Shown here in pieces: positions 1 to 12,600 of a DNA stretch of 64,000 nt. Made by a program: the position numbers and the translations under genes. This stretch comes from Perna viridis (lineage: Eukaryota). The notes beneath the pieces are model-generated. The model searched no databases. It had not been told where the DNA came from and worked only from the letters and a program-made list of their open reading frames with translations. How positions within the stretch are numbered: the first letter of the stretch is position 1; each line of letters opens with the position of its first letter. The stretch spans positions 32,621,644 through 32,685,643 of the forward strand of contig CM074524.1 of the NCBI GenBank assembly GCA_037379345.1. Direction: 5' to 3'.

Positions 1-32
1 TACAGATATTTGCACTTGATAAGCATAACAAA

Positions 33-242
33 TACTGTGAAAGTACTTTAATTCATGAATACCAATTTTCATGGATTAGGGAAGAAACACAAGTTTGTAG
101 ATTGTTGAATTTGTGGTTTTGATGTTTTCAGTATACACATCAATGGGAATCTTCTTTATGTTAGAAACCAAATTTTGTGGTCTGGCTTACCTACGAAAAC
201 CATGAAAATTGGTACCCCACGAAAAATAGTACTTTAACAGTA
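33..242. mobile_element. MITE with TA target-site duplication (Tc1/mariner-type non-autonomous element)
   Basis: TA-CTGTGAAAGTACT...AGTACTTTAACAG-TA terminal inverted repeats; a second copy lies in opposite orientation at 63608-63814. Confidence 0.8.
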
Positions 243-393
243 ATTATATGTCTTAAAAACTATTTTATTCTTTCTTACAAATGTCCAGTCATGCTCTCGG
301 CACAATAGTCTACAGGATGTGTGTGACAGTTATTTCTACTAGTGCATTCTTAAGTTATAAAATAAGTGATCATATTTTTTGCCACTGTTTCAG

Positions 394-492
394 GCAGATT
401 TTACTGGTCTTATGTATGCTGCTTACCACAACCACCCAGAAGTAGCTAGTGCCTTGATAGAAGCTGGCTGTGATATCAATGCTTATGGATCG
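394..492 (+). CDS. Ankyrin-repeat protein, internal exon (one 33-aa ANK repeat); gene starts upstream of window
   Basis: tttcag acceptor and gtatgt donor; 99 nt, phase 0-0; ADFTGLMYAAYHNHPEVASALIEAGCDINAYGS fits the ankyrin consensus. Confidence 0.88.
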
Positions 493-1599
493 GTATGTAC
501 CTCATCAGTCAATAAATAGGTGTATATTGGAATCACCTAGTCTACAGTCATTCTGTCAGTCCCAATTGTAGAATTATCTTGGCTCCAAATTGACAGATTG
601 ATTTTAAATTTGGTGTGTGGCTTCATATGGATTTGACATATGCTGTTAATGATTTTGGTTGTTCTTAAATATCCAATTTATGTACAAGCAGGAGCATGCC
701 TACCTAGCACAACAATGTGTAAATTTATGATTACATTTCTCTGAATTCAGTTATTTACATCACACTAAAATCAATTAAATGTCTCTTATTTTAACTTACA
801 TACAATTTGCTATCTCATGTGTGCTTTGGACATTCAGGTTTCTATATTTTTTTTTAATTATGCAAGGTCTTAAAATCAACTAGAAATGTTTGTTTTCACC
901 AGAAATAAAAATGATGCCAGGCACAATCTTCCTCTTATTTCATTGTTTCCATAATTTTAATAGGGATATTTATGCAACTTATTAGTACCCTTATAGAAAA
1001 GCATGAAGATGCTTGTCAGTTTTAAAAATTGAGTCTCACTTACCTCTTTCTGCTCAAGTGGTCACCTCTCTATGTAATACCAAATACACACTGAACCAAG
1101 ATATATGCATTGTAAGTGCCTAATCAGTGCATGTTGGTCAAAAGTGGTCAAAATAAAGCTAAGAATGTTTACTTTGAAATCATATTTGTAGTTTATTACA
1201 AAATTGTATAAATATTGTTTACATATGACTGTATGAAGATTTTGCCTCCATGCTGTCAGTTTGTAGCATAAAGGCAAAAATGTGGATTTTCAGTATTATT
1301 TATTCAAGCAAATTTTGTTAAGAAATTCTACCATCATCATATCATTAGCATAATGATTTTGAAAGCCTTATTTTCCAAGCTTCACAATGATATGTACCTT
1401 TTTAAAGATATCTGTCCTTTGAATTCACTGTGAAACTATGAAAATTATTTTTTAACATGTAAAGTAATGAAATGAAAGAAGTGGTTAGTGAGACATTGAG
1501 ATTCATTAAATTGTCTCACCTTGCCAAGCATGTAAATATATTAATAGTTATATGTTTTAATGATACTATGAACTTATGCATTTATTATTTTTACCACAG

Positions 1600-1698
1600 A
1601 ATCTTTGGACGGCTTTACATTGGGCAGCTGACCGTGGACGGGAAGAAATGGTCTACCTATTACTGGGAGCTGGAGCTGATCCAACAAAGAAAGGAATA
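1600..1698 (+). CDS. Ankyrin-repeat protein, internal exon (one ANK repeat)
   Basis: ccacag / gtatgt; 99 nt, phase 0-0; NLWTALHWAADRGREEMVYLLLGAGADPTKKGI (TALHWAA...GADP). Confidence 0.9.
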
Positions 1699-2643
1699 GT
1701 ATGTTAAGTTTTTACTGACCTGATTTTCTTTTACTTTAAAACAGAAATCATCTCTTTCAAATTTAAAATTTACCATCTTTTTTATTGTTTATTTACTCCT
1801 GCTTTGTTTGTTGACTGTGTAGAATTAGTTCTGTTTGATATTTTACACAACATTTCACAAATGCTTGTCTTTGATAGTTTGTCTTACTTGGAGGATAATT
1901 TATATGGACTTTTAGGTAACAGACTCTGTAAGAATCAGGCAGTGGGTGAAACATGTTATGAAAAAAAGCCACCATTTAGAAAGTATTATTTGACTACTTG
2001 CACCATCAGAATCAAATAAAAAGGACAAGGTTGTCCTTATCTTTTTGGTTTATATTGAGTTATAATTTCATTGAAATGCACTAAAATTAGCATTTCAAGG
2101 GCAGATAACTGTCAAAAAACTTCATTTTTCTTACATTTTATTGACAAATTTCTGAACAAATGCAGTGATGCAGAGATCAAATAGCAGTGTTTTCAAAAGG
2201 AGAATCATCCGTGAGTGAAATAATAAGGTCAGATCAGTGGGTTTTTGACATGCATGTTTCTGATTTTTCCTGTTTGCTTGATTCTTACAGAGACTTGCAC
2301 TTTATAAGAAAACTACTGTAAGTAGATACAGGGTCTACAGAAAGAGCGAAAAAATATGATGATAGTATTTTATGAATTTCTTGGTAAGGTATTCAAGTAA
2401 TGAAGACTTTCAGGTTTCAAACAATACCTGCTATTTTAACAGAGAAGATTCCCCTTCATTATAGACAAAATTTATACTAAGAGAAGGAACATATTGAGAA
2501 TTGTTTGTTTAAAACAGAATAATGAAAAGTCAAGACAGGAAATATCACAGACAGGCAGTAAGAACAATAGAAAAACAATTAAGTTGATGATAATCTATTT
2601 TATCGGAAGATGTTTATGGTTAAAATTCCAACATTTCTTGCAG

Positions 2644-2760
2644 AGAGGTGAGACAGCTGCTGACCGAGCTGAGAAAAGTGATTTGAAGGAAATTCTCATC
2701 AATGCAGTCAACATGTTTAATGAAATGACCATGCTCAATAAAGATCATGATATATCTTTG
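2644..2760 (+). CDS. Ankyrin-repeat protein, penultimate exon (C-terminal capping repeat)
   Basis: ttgcag / gtatgt; 117 nt, phase 0-0; RGETAADRAEKSDLKEILINAVNMF... Confidence 0.85.
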
Positions 2761-2845
2761 GTATGTTAATTCTACCTATAAACTCATGCCTAAAATATAC
2801 ATACCTGTGAACCTTTGGAACAGTTCTCAGAGAGTCAAATCTCTG

Positions 2846-3008
2846 GCCTGGGCATGGTTTCATAAAAAAATTTCAAGCTGAGATTTTCCTCAAACCATGA
2901 ATTTTTCCACAAATATCCAAATTCGAGCAATCTGATTGGTCAAAATTTGGGTTGAGGAAATTATTTGGGAAATTCTCAATTTGAGATTTTTTTTTATGAA
3001 ACCCAGGC
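2846..3008. mobile_element. MITE, PIF/Harbinger-like
   Basis: long imperfect TIRs GCCTGG..TTTCATAAAAAAA / TTTTTTTATGAAACCCAGGC flanked by CTG on both sides; decayed relatives near 48950-49070 and 49320-49460. Confidence 0.6.
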
Positions 3009-3408
3009 CTGTTTTTGTGGGTAGTCCAAACTACTCAAAGGAAGAGACATGCTATATTAATTATTTTGTCAGTGGTGAAAGTTGTTTGTCTCAATACCAC
3101 AAAAATCTGAAAAAAAAAACAATGGAAAATGTCTTAAGACATGAAATGTAACTAATTTTCACCAATATTGCAATAGATAGTGAATATCATTTCTTATGAA
3201 ATAAATAAACAAACAGATGTGACACTTCTATAAATGGCTTAGTTTAGAACAAGTTTTAATCATACATGAACAATTCTTCTGAGATTTATTGTTTAATGTA
3301 TAATACATGTACTAGTACATGTAATAAGAATCTTGGATGATTTCAAAAATTTCTTATACCTGGTACTTTGGAACTAATGTTTGAAAAAAAAATGAAAATA
3401 TTTTGTAG

Positions 3409-3828
3409 AATAGAGAAAAGTCTGGAGCCAATACTTCTGACCTTCCAAAACAAGACAGTGAACAAAATCAAATAAAAAATGACTCTGAGGGTAAATCTAC
3501 TGATAAAGATGGTGACATAGCTCGGATAAAGATAGACAAGGATGAGACATGTGACACTGTCAAGGGAGACAACCAGAATTGTTCATGTGGTGAAAATGAA
3601 AGTAGGGAGTTGACTGAAAATTCAAAACTCAAAATAGATGAGAGTCAGAACTTAGTCTGTAATATTGTAGGAAGTGAAAAACACAAACAAAATTCAACAG
3701 AAGATCTGATTATTAATGAAAACGAAACAACAAACTTTCATAACGAAAGTAAAAGTAATGAAAATGATAAAACTATGGAAGATGTGACTGAAAATAGTGT
3801 CATAAATGAAGTACAATGTACTTCGTGA
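3409..3828 (+). CDS. Ankyrin-repeat protein, last exon (acidic, N/E/K-rich disordered tail)
   Basis: ttgtag acceptor, phase 0, open frame continuous with ORF 3610-3828, TGA at 3826-3828, long AT-rich 3'UTR follows. Confidence 0.75.
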   Translation, partial: NREKSGANTSDLPKQDSEQNQIKNDSEGKSTDKDGDIARIKIDKDETCDTVKGDNQNCSCGENESRELTENSKLKIDESQNLVCNIVGSEKHKQNSTEDLIINENETTNFHNESKSNENDKTMEDVTENSVINEVQCTS

Positions 3829-5169
3829 TTGATACTTGACTGAAAATACATAGAGAGATAACTAGCCTTAAAATAGATGAGGGAAAAAATGAGAATCAAG
3901 AAACTTAATTTTTGGTGAAATGTTGCATTTTTTCATTGATACATGTAATTCAGATGTTTATGAAAAAATTTACAAAAATTGACCAGGAAGTAGTACATAC
4001 AGATATAACATATTTATCAATGATATTGATACTGTAAATTATTTGAAGAAACTCAGCTTAGTTGAAATATTATACTTATTCAAATACAAATCCTATTTTA
4101 AAAAAAAATACAAACTAGCTATGCTATGCAGCCTACAAAATAACTATTGTAGTATAAAGATTTTCTTCATATTATACTGTTAAATATTTTTATTGTGGAT
4201 ATGATTTTTCTACTGATTCTAGGATTTCCACATAAACCACTGGATCTTTCTGTTCTTATTCTTTAGCTGTATATTTACTTCAGATTTTTGTCATTTTTCT
4301 TACCATGGTATTTTTATCATTTATCAGGAATGTTATTTTCCCACAGAATCTTGTACAGATTTTATTGTATTTAAAATCCTTATTTTGTTTCCTGCTGCAC
4401 TGTAGTACATGACAATAGTTGTAGGCTGTTCTTGATTATTAATGCTATGATCCCATTACCTGTTGTTCCAATCCATATCATATTAATTGTGTATTAATTA
4501 AATATGTATTACAATTTTTAGTAATACACCATGTTCATCTTGTTGCTTAAGTACATAGATTTACAAATATGACATCCAGTCAGATCTTAAGCAACTGAAC
4601 TTTCGTCATAATTTCAGTTTAAAGTTTTCCTACATTTATTTGAATTTTACCATATTTTTGAGTTAAATAAGAAATTAGATTAGAGTTGCTGAAATAGTTC
4701 TGGTATTGTTTTCAGGAGTGAATTTACTTGGTACGTGTAAAGTGATTTGCATTGATATATCATTGCATGCCAATAGTTTACTATGTAAACAAAACGATAA
4801 TGTGCAATACTAGTATTTGTAAATGTTGATAAAAACCTTGTTTGTATAACCTGTGTTATAAGTTGATATATACAACAGTAGCAGTCCAACTAAGAATTAT
4901 GCAGAGTGTGATGTGTGGGTTGAAAGATCAAATATTTTTATTTTCAAAATGTTAAGAATGCTTCACATATAATCACTCTTCTAGTGGCAAAAAACTTAGA
5001 ATGCACTTTCTCCAATTCCATGTCGGTGATTATAAATGTACATGACTTTTTAACCATCTGATAGTAATTAAATTTCTGCAAGAGTTTTCCCACCATTTTA
5101 TATTTTCAAGAACTTTTACAGATTTCATGGGAGAAACCAATTCTTCTTGAGCCTGTTCTTGATTTGAAT

Positions 5170-5259
5170 TTTTCTCCACTCTCTATAGTAAAATTAAGAT
5201 TTTAACATGTGAAAGCTCACATGTTGAAAATTTCAATTTTACCATCTGGAGTTGAAAAA
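5170..5259. repeat. About 90-bp imperfect palindrome
   Basis: arms TAGTAAAATTAAGATTTTAACATGTGA / TCACATGTTGAAAATTTCAATTTTACCA. Confidence 0.6.
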
Positions 5260-5404
5260 TAAATTACCGAATTAGAATCTGTATATGACTTTATTTTAAG
5301 GGGGATAACTCTGGTTTTGCCAATACATTTTATTGTAAATTTCACCTGAAATATCTCTAACTAGAAGGATTTGTGTGAATAATAAATGAAATGCCTCAAG
5401 CAAT

Positions 5405-5991
5405 CTTACACAACTTTACGACAAACATGATGACTTTTCATTCAGAATTATCAACTTTCCTTTCATATGTGGCAACATCCCCTCAGCACCTGCATATGAA
5501 GTGTTCATATCACAACTCATACGTTATACCAAAGCTTGCCAAAATTACGCAGACTTTTTGTATCCCACTAGACTTTTTGCAAATAGGCTTCTGGAACAGG
5601 TTTATGTTGCTACAAGATTGATGTCATCACTACAGAAGTTATATGGTCGTCATCATGAACTCGTGGATCGTTATGGTGTATCCATCAGCACCATGAAAAC
5701 TGATTTATTCAATGGGTCATAGTTTTCCTTTCCTCTCCATTGTCTACCCTGGACTTGACTTTTTATGAACAACTCGGCTGGTGTTTCTAGAAAAGCCTAC
5801 CAGTGCACCTGGTCCATGCCCCCAGTTTTTAGTGGCGTCCGAGTTGCTCATTTGCTTTTGTTACTTTGTATGTATGATTTTAGTTACTTTATGTTCTTTG
5901 TTGTGTATGTCTGCTTTCCATGTCTGGTCTTTGTCCTTGGATTACATTCTTTTGGTTACCGCTATAACCTTGGTTCCCTTGATTACTCTTT
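5405..5991 (+). mobile_element. 5'-truncated Penelope-like (probably Naiad-type) retroelement: RT C-terminal region plus 3' end
   Basis: frame from 5411 reads QLYDKHDDFSFRIINFPFICGNIPSAPAYEVFISQLIRYTKAC...LYGRHHELVDRYGVSISTMKTDLF*, with no endonuclease domain after it; the 3' end (TTGATTACTCT) is shared with three other copies. Confidence 0.75.
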
Positions 5992-6796
5992 CATCAATTT
6001 TTGTTTTAATAGTAGTAACTTTTCTTCATATTAATCAATAAATTCTTGTTTTTCATGATTTTTAGATGGACATGTACTATTTTATTATGTAATTTGATAT
6101 TATTATAGATTAACAACTTATTTGGTAAAATATAGTGGTCTGTGTTGAAGTTTACATCATTTAAAGTTGATCATATCATGTAGTTTTTTGAGTACAGATA
6201 ATAGGTAATTTTTATCACCAAAGATGACCTTGAATGAACACACTGTAAAATTTTGAAATAAAAACCAAAAAAAAAAATAAATATATATTTGCAAGATGAT
6301 AGTAAAATATTGCTCTGTGTAATAGACGTGATCACATGAAAATGTCACTAGTGATTCCACAACTCATTTTTTTTTTGCTGTGAAATGGAATTCTGCTTTT
6401 TCAAATCCAGATTTTTTAACTGTATATTTACCTTCAGTTTTGCCAATTTATGCTTTGTTAGGTGACTTGTAAAATCAGGTCTGTGATTCTTAGATGTACA
6501 GCAATTTACTGCACTCAACTGTCAGATATGAAAAAATACATTTTGTATGTCAATTTTCAGCAACTGGGGTTGTCTTATCAAAAACAGCCTCTATTGCTTT
6601 CTGGACAACATTATAAGATACTTCAATATGGCCACAAAAATATCATTTGGTTGTAAAATGGTGTCTCACTTTCGTCCTTGGTGTTGGCACCATGAACTTG
6701 AGTTTATTAATGAAAACTTGAGAAAAACTTAACCAACCATTAGAATTGGTAGAAAAAGCTTTTGTCTATCAGATTATTATTACTCAGATGTCAGCA

Positions 6797-7012
6797 TGCT
6801 TATCTCAGTAGTGGTACAGTGTACTTAGTGTGCTTATCTCAGTAGTGGTACAGTGTACTTAGTGTGCTTATCTCATTAGTGGTACAGTGTACCGAGCATG
6901 CTTATCTCAGTAGTGGTACAGTGTACTTAGTATGCTTATCTCAGTAGTGGTACATTGTACCGAGTATGCTTATCTCGGTAGTGGTACAGTGTACATATGC
7001 TTATCTCAGTAG
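6797..7012. repeat. Minisatellite, 34-bp unit x about 6.5
   Basis: unit TGCTTATCTCAGTAGTGGTACAGTGTACTTAGTG. Confidence 0.92.
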
Positions 7013-7865
7013 TTAAATGTACTGATCATAGTTCTTTCATCTATCAAAAAGTAAAATTATAGTTTGAGTTATTTCATTTTTATGCACTTATAACTCATGC
7101 CATTTTTGTTAGATTTTATACATAATTATACAAATAAACTATTGCTTAGTCCTGAATATAAGGTCTGCATTTGTGAATTATGCCCCTCCCACTTTGTGCT
7201 TTGGTATAGAGACATTATTTTGCCCTATCAGTCTGTCTGTCTGTCCATCACACTTTTGTAAGAGCAATTCCTTGGAAACTACTGCTCCAAATTTCATGAA
7301 ATTATGAATTAAAAATGAAGCAGAGTGCTTATTCACAGAGACCAACTCACATGGCTTTCTACAGAATATTACCCATGTACATTCTTACCGAACCTTTTCA
7401 CTGCAGAAATTTCAGAACAATTTCAGGTGTCCAGGAATTTAAAAACTACCTGTCCCTCACACTTGGATTTTTTTTTCTGAATATAAACAGACGCCAGACA
7501 GGGGTTATTTGGTCTGTGAAAAGTACTCAGTAAATTGTAACTGTGACTATGTTGTCATCTCCAGAAGAAGACATTTGTTGTACACACGAGACTGAACGAA
7601 ACAAATCTGAAAAAGGGTTAGATCGGAAAGTATAACTTTCTTAAGTCATCTTAATTTCTCTACATTGTACAAAGCCATGCAAATTTATTAAGTATCTCTT
7701 AATTTAATTTTAACTTTTTTCATGGTGATATATCTCTTTGTTCCACCCACGCTTATACACCGTAAATTGAACCATAAACTGACCCACATTTTAAAATTAT
7801 CTAGGCGAACAGTATGCCGTTTATGCGACCAAACTGCATTTTATGGTTCATAAAACAGCTACTGA

Positions 7866-7878
7866 GTTGCCCAGGAAC
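7866..7878 (+). promoter_or_regulatory. RFX X-box-like element upstream of paralog A
   Basis: GTTGCCCAGGAAC in CpG-rich DNA, about 150 bp before the AAG|GTGAGT donor (8029/8030) of a putative 5'UTR exon. Confidence 0.45.
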
Positions 7879-8577
7879 GCAATCTTCATCTACATCGCTG
7901 TATACTATGCAAAAAGAATGTTAATAATTATGTCATTTGGTTTTTAATAAAGCGTCATTGTAACGTGAAAAGAACGCAGGCTTTGTAGGATAAATTCATA
8001 TTATCGCCATTTTAGCTGTAAATTTTAAGGTGAGTTAAATTAATAATATAAATTAATTTTTCAGATATTCAACAAGAAGAAAATGTATATGTAGAGGAAA
8101 ATATGCACTCAATTGCCGTGTGTCAAGATAAATATTAGGTCCTCTTCATGAATTCGCCTGCAGAAAAAAAACTATTTCTCCCTCTGGACGAAAGTTTGCC
8201 GGATGTATAAATGTACGCCCGAATGTCAAATTGGATAAAAAAATTCTTTGACCAAAGTAAAATCATGAGAGGTACGGTATCTGGTTAGACGGTTCTTATT
8301 GTTCAACTGTACAACTAGCGAGTACTTAGAATACAAGTGTATCAAACAAAACAAAAAAAAAAAAAACAAACAAACGCTGTCTTATACATAGTTTAAAACC
8401 ATTTCTTTAAAAGCTGAAAAGTCAGGATTTCAAAAATGTCCTATTTTGATAAAAATGGTTATTCTATCGTTAGTTAGTGATGCTTTAAAAGCCATTTAAC
8501 CTTCTATCATGAGCCGTTTTATTCTAGTGTACCTTTTATGATTATGTATTCGAGCGATGTTTTCTTTGCAGGTTGAG

Positions 8578-9525
8578 ATGACAGGGGGTATCCACGGCTA
8601 TCACTGCGTCTGTGGAGGGCACGATACACACGGGAGTCGTAATACAGGCGGGGTGTACTCTTCTATTGCTTCAAAAACATACGATTCATATGTCGCCCCT
8701 GTAAAGGAGGACTGTCAATATTATTCCACTGACTATTATGTCGAACCAGCTACGTGCGTTGGGACAGCTTTGATACCTCAGGATGCACAGCCTGTGACAA
8801 GAAGACCAAGTTTGGAGAAGAATTTAATTAAAACTACACGGCCTATGACAGGCACTAGCCGTATCAGGTTTCAACACGATTTTAATTGTGACTGCGGAGT
8901 CGTATGCTTGTCGTATCGAGAGCCTCAAGTAAAAACAAAACCATCACAACGGCCCCGTACAGCAAGCTATGGTCGACCAGTTCCTCGTGACTATCTCAAT
9001 TTTGTCAACGACGCAAGTTCCAAATATTGGCAAGTTATGGGAGAAAATAGTGCGAAGGGCAAGTTTTTCGATAGAAGCGCTCCTACCTACCATGGGCCCT
9101 GTTGCCAACGCTGCCATTGTCGTACTCGCAGCTCATCACCTTCCAGGTTAACCAAGTCTTACAGGACTACTTATGATGACGATTTTAACAGGACTTATAG
9201 GACGTCAAGAAACAATGGATATCTGGTCACTCAGCCTTCTGGTAAACACGGCGCATACTATACCGGAGCTGGTGGTTACAGTTCGTATTGGGTCCCTGCT
9301 GCAAAATATTCACAGCTTGCAAGCCAATTATATGCCAACAGACCAGTCCATGGATATACGTACAGAACCACATACAACGATGACTATAGCCGTCCTTCCG
9401 GGAAACGGGGGACTATCAGGAATTATTCATACCAATCAAATCCGAAGTTAGGTTCTAACTTTAGTAGAGGGTGCTGCTGTTGTAATTTACATGACCATGC
9501 GTTGAATATGATGTCACGATCATAG
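8578..9525 (+). CDS. Uncharacterised 315-aa Cys/Tyr/Arg-rich protein (paralog A) with YRTTYxDD[FY] motifs; candidate ciliary/sperm microtubule inner protein
   Basis: long ORF, GC/CpG-rich relative to flanks; tttgcag acceptor at 8571 then GTTGAG-ATG; AATAAA at 9747-9752; motifs shared with 14264-14887. Confidence 0.85.
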   Translation: MTGGIHGYHCVCGGHDTHGSRNTGGVYSSIASKTYDSYVAPVKEDCQYYSTDYYVEPATCVGTALIPQDAQPVTRRPSLEKNLIKTTRPMTGTSRIRFQHDFNCDCGVVCLSYREPQVKTKPSQRPRTASYGRPVPRDYLNFVNDASSKYWQVMGENSAKGKFFDRSAPTYHGPCCQRCHCRTRSSSPSRLTKSYRTTYDDDFNRTYRTSRNNGYLVTQPSGKHGAYYTGAGGYSSYWVPAAKYSQLASQLYANRPVHGYTYRTTYNDDYSRPSGKRGTIRNYSYQSNPKLGSNFSRGCCCCNLHDHALNMMSRS

Positions 9526-11023
9526 AACCGGGTTACCATGACCTTCCAGTATAGCTGATTTTTGCTGAAACTTTAGTAGTTACATATGTGTATAGTCTAA
9601 TGTGCTTTTCATTGGCATGATTCAAAGTGATACTTTCAGTGCTGATTTCTATGTTGTTATCGAGTGTAATCACATTGACCATCTTCATTATTTTTTACTT
9701 TCAATTTGTTTATTTTTCGAATGGGTTCCTTAGTTTCTTTGAACAAAATAAAGTAATTATAACTTTTGTCGTTGAATATACACACCGATGATATCGCCCT
9801 CGATCTCCCACTCTTACAGGGTTGCTGTTTATGCGACTGCAATTAATAGTTTTTCCCAATGCAACCATTTAGGAATTCGAGACCAAACAAGCATTTCATA
9901 ATTTTAACTCCCAGTATACTGTATGTAACAACATACTTGTATGCAGCTCTATAAAGTTTTACCACAAGGGTAAGACTGTGTTTGGTTTTGGGGAGGGGTG
10001 ATGACCCGAACCTTTTGGGAATTAGGAAGGAAAGGAGTAAAAACATTTTTTTTTTGGTTTCTGAAAAATAGCATGAGTAAAATATATGGATCTTTATGAA
10101 ATTGTACAACAAGGTATACCACAAAAGGATGTTTCAGGTTAATTTGTGTGTTTTGTTGTGATTATAATTGTTTCAACTGTTCGAGGTTCGACCTCTGTAG
10201 TCTTATCAAGCTGCGCCCTGAGAAGCATTTATACACTGATTATTTGTTTTATTAAACAGACAACCTCATATCGACAATGCTCCTCACCTAAGTTTATACA
10301 TTTATCCAATACTGTATACAATTTCTTGGAAATATTAAGCTTTTTAAGTCTGATCCGATCGCAGCGATCATAATGGAAGAGGGATGTCAACACGAATTAT
10401 TTTTCATATCATGACGGGTGGAATAATACGTAATTCCTGTGTCGTGGTAGGAAAAATACACTGTAAAACTAGTGACAGTCTACAATTATATACACAAAAC
10501 GCAAACAAATAACAGCAATAATAATCAATAATTATAAATTCATGCCTAAGATAATCGTCAAATTGCAAAAAAATAGGGATAAGATTTGTTAGCATTGAAC
10601 TTTTTAATTTAAATTTACCAATCTGATTACAAATGACATTAGTTCGACTTTTCTTTACAATATCAGTCAAAATTCACGTGACATCGTATAGCAGTGTGCC
10701 ATTTTCCGTGCTTTTGAGGTTCGTTGTTGTTGTACATGAAACACCTAGATAAATGAACGCAAAACTCCCCGACATCGTGCATAATTCAAATACGAACTAC
10801 CAGCTGGCCTTTTTCGGTTTCTAAACTTTCAAGTCGAAAATTAAATTAGCGAAATCCAGTTAGAAGATTAGAAGATGTCTGTCAAATTGCACAATTAGTC
10901 TTCAAACCTTCCCGTCAGTTCTTAGTTCATAATGGTGTTATGCAATCGTCAGACGTGTCTTCATTCGTCTAAATGTTTGTTTTTTTTTTTTTTGTTTTGC
11001 TTTTGTTTTTTTATGGTTATTGC

Positions 11024-11173
11024 NNNNNNNNNNNNNNNNNNNNNNNNNNNNNNNNNNNNNNNNNNNNNNNNNNNNNNNNNNNNNNNNNNNNNNNNNNNNN
11101 NNNNNNNNNNNNNNNNNNNNNNNNNNNNNNNNNNNNNNNNNNNNNNNNNNNNNNNNNNNNNNNNNNNNNNNNN
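11024..11173. other. Assembly gap (150 N)
   Basis: run of N. Confidence 0.99.
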
Positions 11174-11252
11174 ATGGGTAAGAATATTTGTGGCCATAAA
11201 TTATAGAAGGTAACAAATCAGTATAATGGTGTAATGATAATAAAGGCTCGAA

Positions 11253-11585
11253 TTTTAGCTTACCTGACTGCAGAGGGTAGTATTGTTTAAAATCAGAAGA
11301 TGAACCTAAGTCGAAATTTTCAAAATGATTCGTCTCCCGAGTATTGGCTCCTGAAACAGATTTTTTTGTCCTTTTTCACGTGTTCAACTTTGAAATTTCT
11401 TTTCTTAAAATTTAACGGAAGTTGGCAATTTGGTTTTTTAGGGTATTATACACAAATTGATCATTTAAAATTTTTCATCGGTAAAAAAAATGGCGGTCGT
11501 TTTTAAAAAAAAGAACATAGAGGTCAAAATGCTTTTTTTCCTTTTTTCAGTTAAGCGATTCAGGCTCTTTGAGAGCCTCTTGTTT
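11253..11585 (+). mobile_element. Helentron-derived non-autonomous element (HINE/DINE-like)
   Basis: TTTTAGCTTACCTGA start, subterminal inverted copy TCAGTTAAGC, 3' hairpin AGGCTCT-TTG-AGAGCCT then CTTGTTT. Confidence 0.6.
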
Positions 11586-12587
11586 ATATATGCTGCTATT
11601 CTGAAATGTTCGAAACACTGCAAGTTCTAAATTCGTCTTAATCGGCGTTTTTTGTGTTGTTAACCACTCAGATGTTAGAGTTCACGTGTAATATGAACTA
11701 GCTCTGAGTAAGGTGCGCGGCTGTTTGTTTTCATTCCTGACATAAAATTAAATCTTTTCATATCTGTTCAAAGAACAGAAATCTTTACCACAAAATATGC
11801 ATTATGTTAATGGTGAAAATAGGCAACAACATGCTGGTGATTCCCGAATAAAAAAAAAAACTTATCCTAAAATGCTTCTTCATTAGTTTTCTGCAATGTA
11901 TTTTATTTTAACTAATACATCGGTGTATTTCGAAACTAAGATTAAAGTGGTAATTGATGGATAGAAGCGATACATGTACACATACATTGTAGCTCGAAAC
12001 GTTGGGTTGATTACCGGGCATACAGAAAAAAAAAACCAAAAAACTAGCTCGCCCTTCCCCTTTTCGGAATTTCTGGATCCGCCACTGGTATATGTATACA
12101 CATAGTGTCTAGTTAAACCATTTATTTTATATATTTTTCTTGTATGCGGTGTATTTTAATTGTATAGGTTTTTTTTTATTATTATTCATCGCAGACAAAA
12201 TGTAAATCGTGAATAATTTTGAAATAATTTCCTCCCTATCCAGTTCGGAATAAACACTCTGTTTTCAAATCGAGGTTGATTGTATCTTAAAAAGGTCATA
12301 AACTTACAGGTAAAGAGTTTATACTAAAATTTGCATTTAAAACTAAAAAAATGTCACGCTTCTTGCATTTCTACTATTTTCCGTTGCTACATAATTTAAT
12401 TTTGTTTATTTATTTCATTTTAAATAAAACACCGTTTCATCTCATATCTCCATATAAACTGATATTGATATAAGGTACGTTTGATAGTATTTGTCTCTGT
12501 AATACTTCACCGTAAGAAGTAATAGTTCATATTTTGATGGTCACACATTCTTTCTGCTGTGTTAACCTACAATGTATTACTGTTAAA

Positions 12588-12600
12588 ATCACCAAGCAAC
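12588..12600 (+). promoter_or_regulatory. RFX X-box-like element upstream of paralog B
   Basis: ATCACCAAGCAAC about 110 bp before the ACG|GTAAGT donor (12712/12713) of a putative 5'UTR exon. Confidence 0.35.

Noticed and set aside
5690-5860. SECIS element in the retroelement 3'UTR (some clam Naiad elements encode selenoproteins)
   Set aside because: The ATGA motifs are Watson-Crick paired or lack the opposing GA and correctly spaced AA loop, and no in-frame TGA is visible in the retained fragment; a SECIS search tool would be needed to be certain
5765-6041. Hydrophobic 86-89 aa ORFs (also 15144-15398)
   Set aside because: They lie in the non-coding 3' part of the repeated retroelement and are spurious
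10932-11216. ORFs spanning the N run
   Set aside because: Artefacts of the assembly gap
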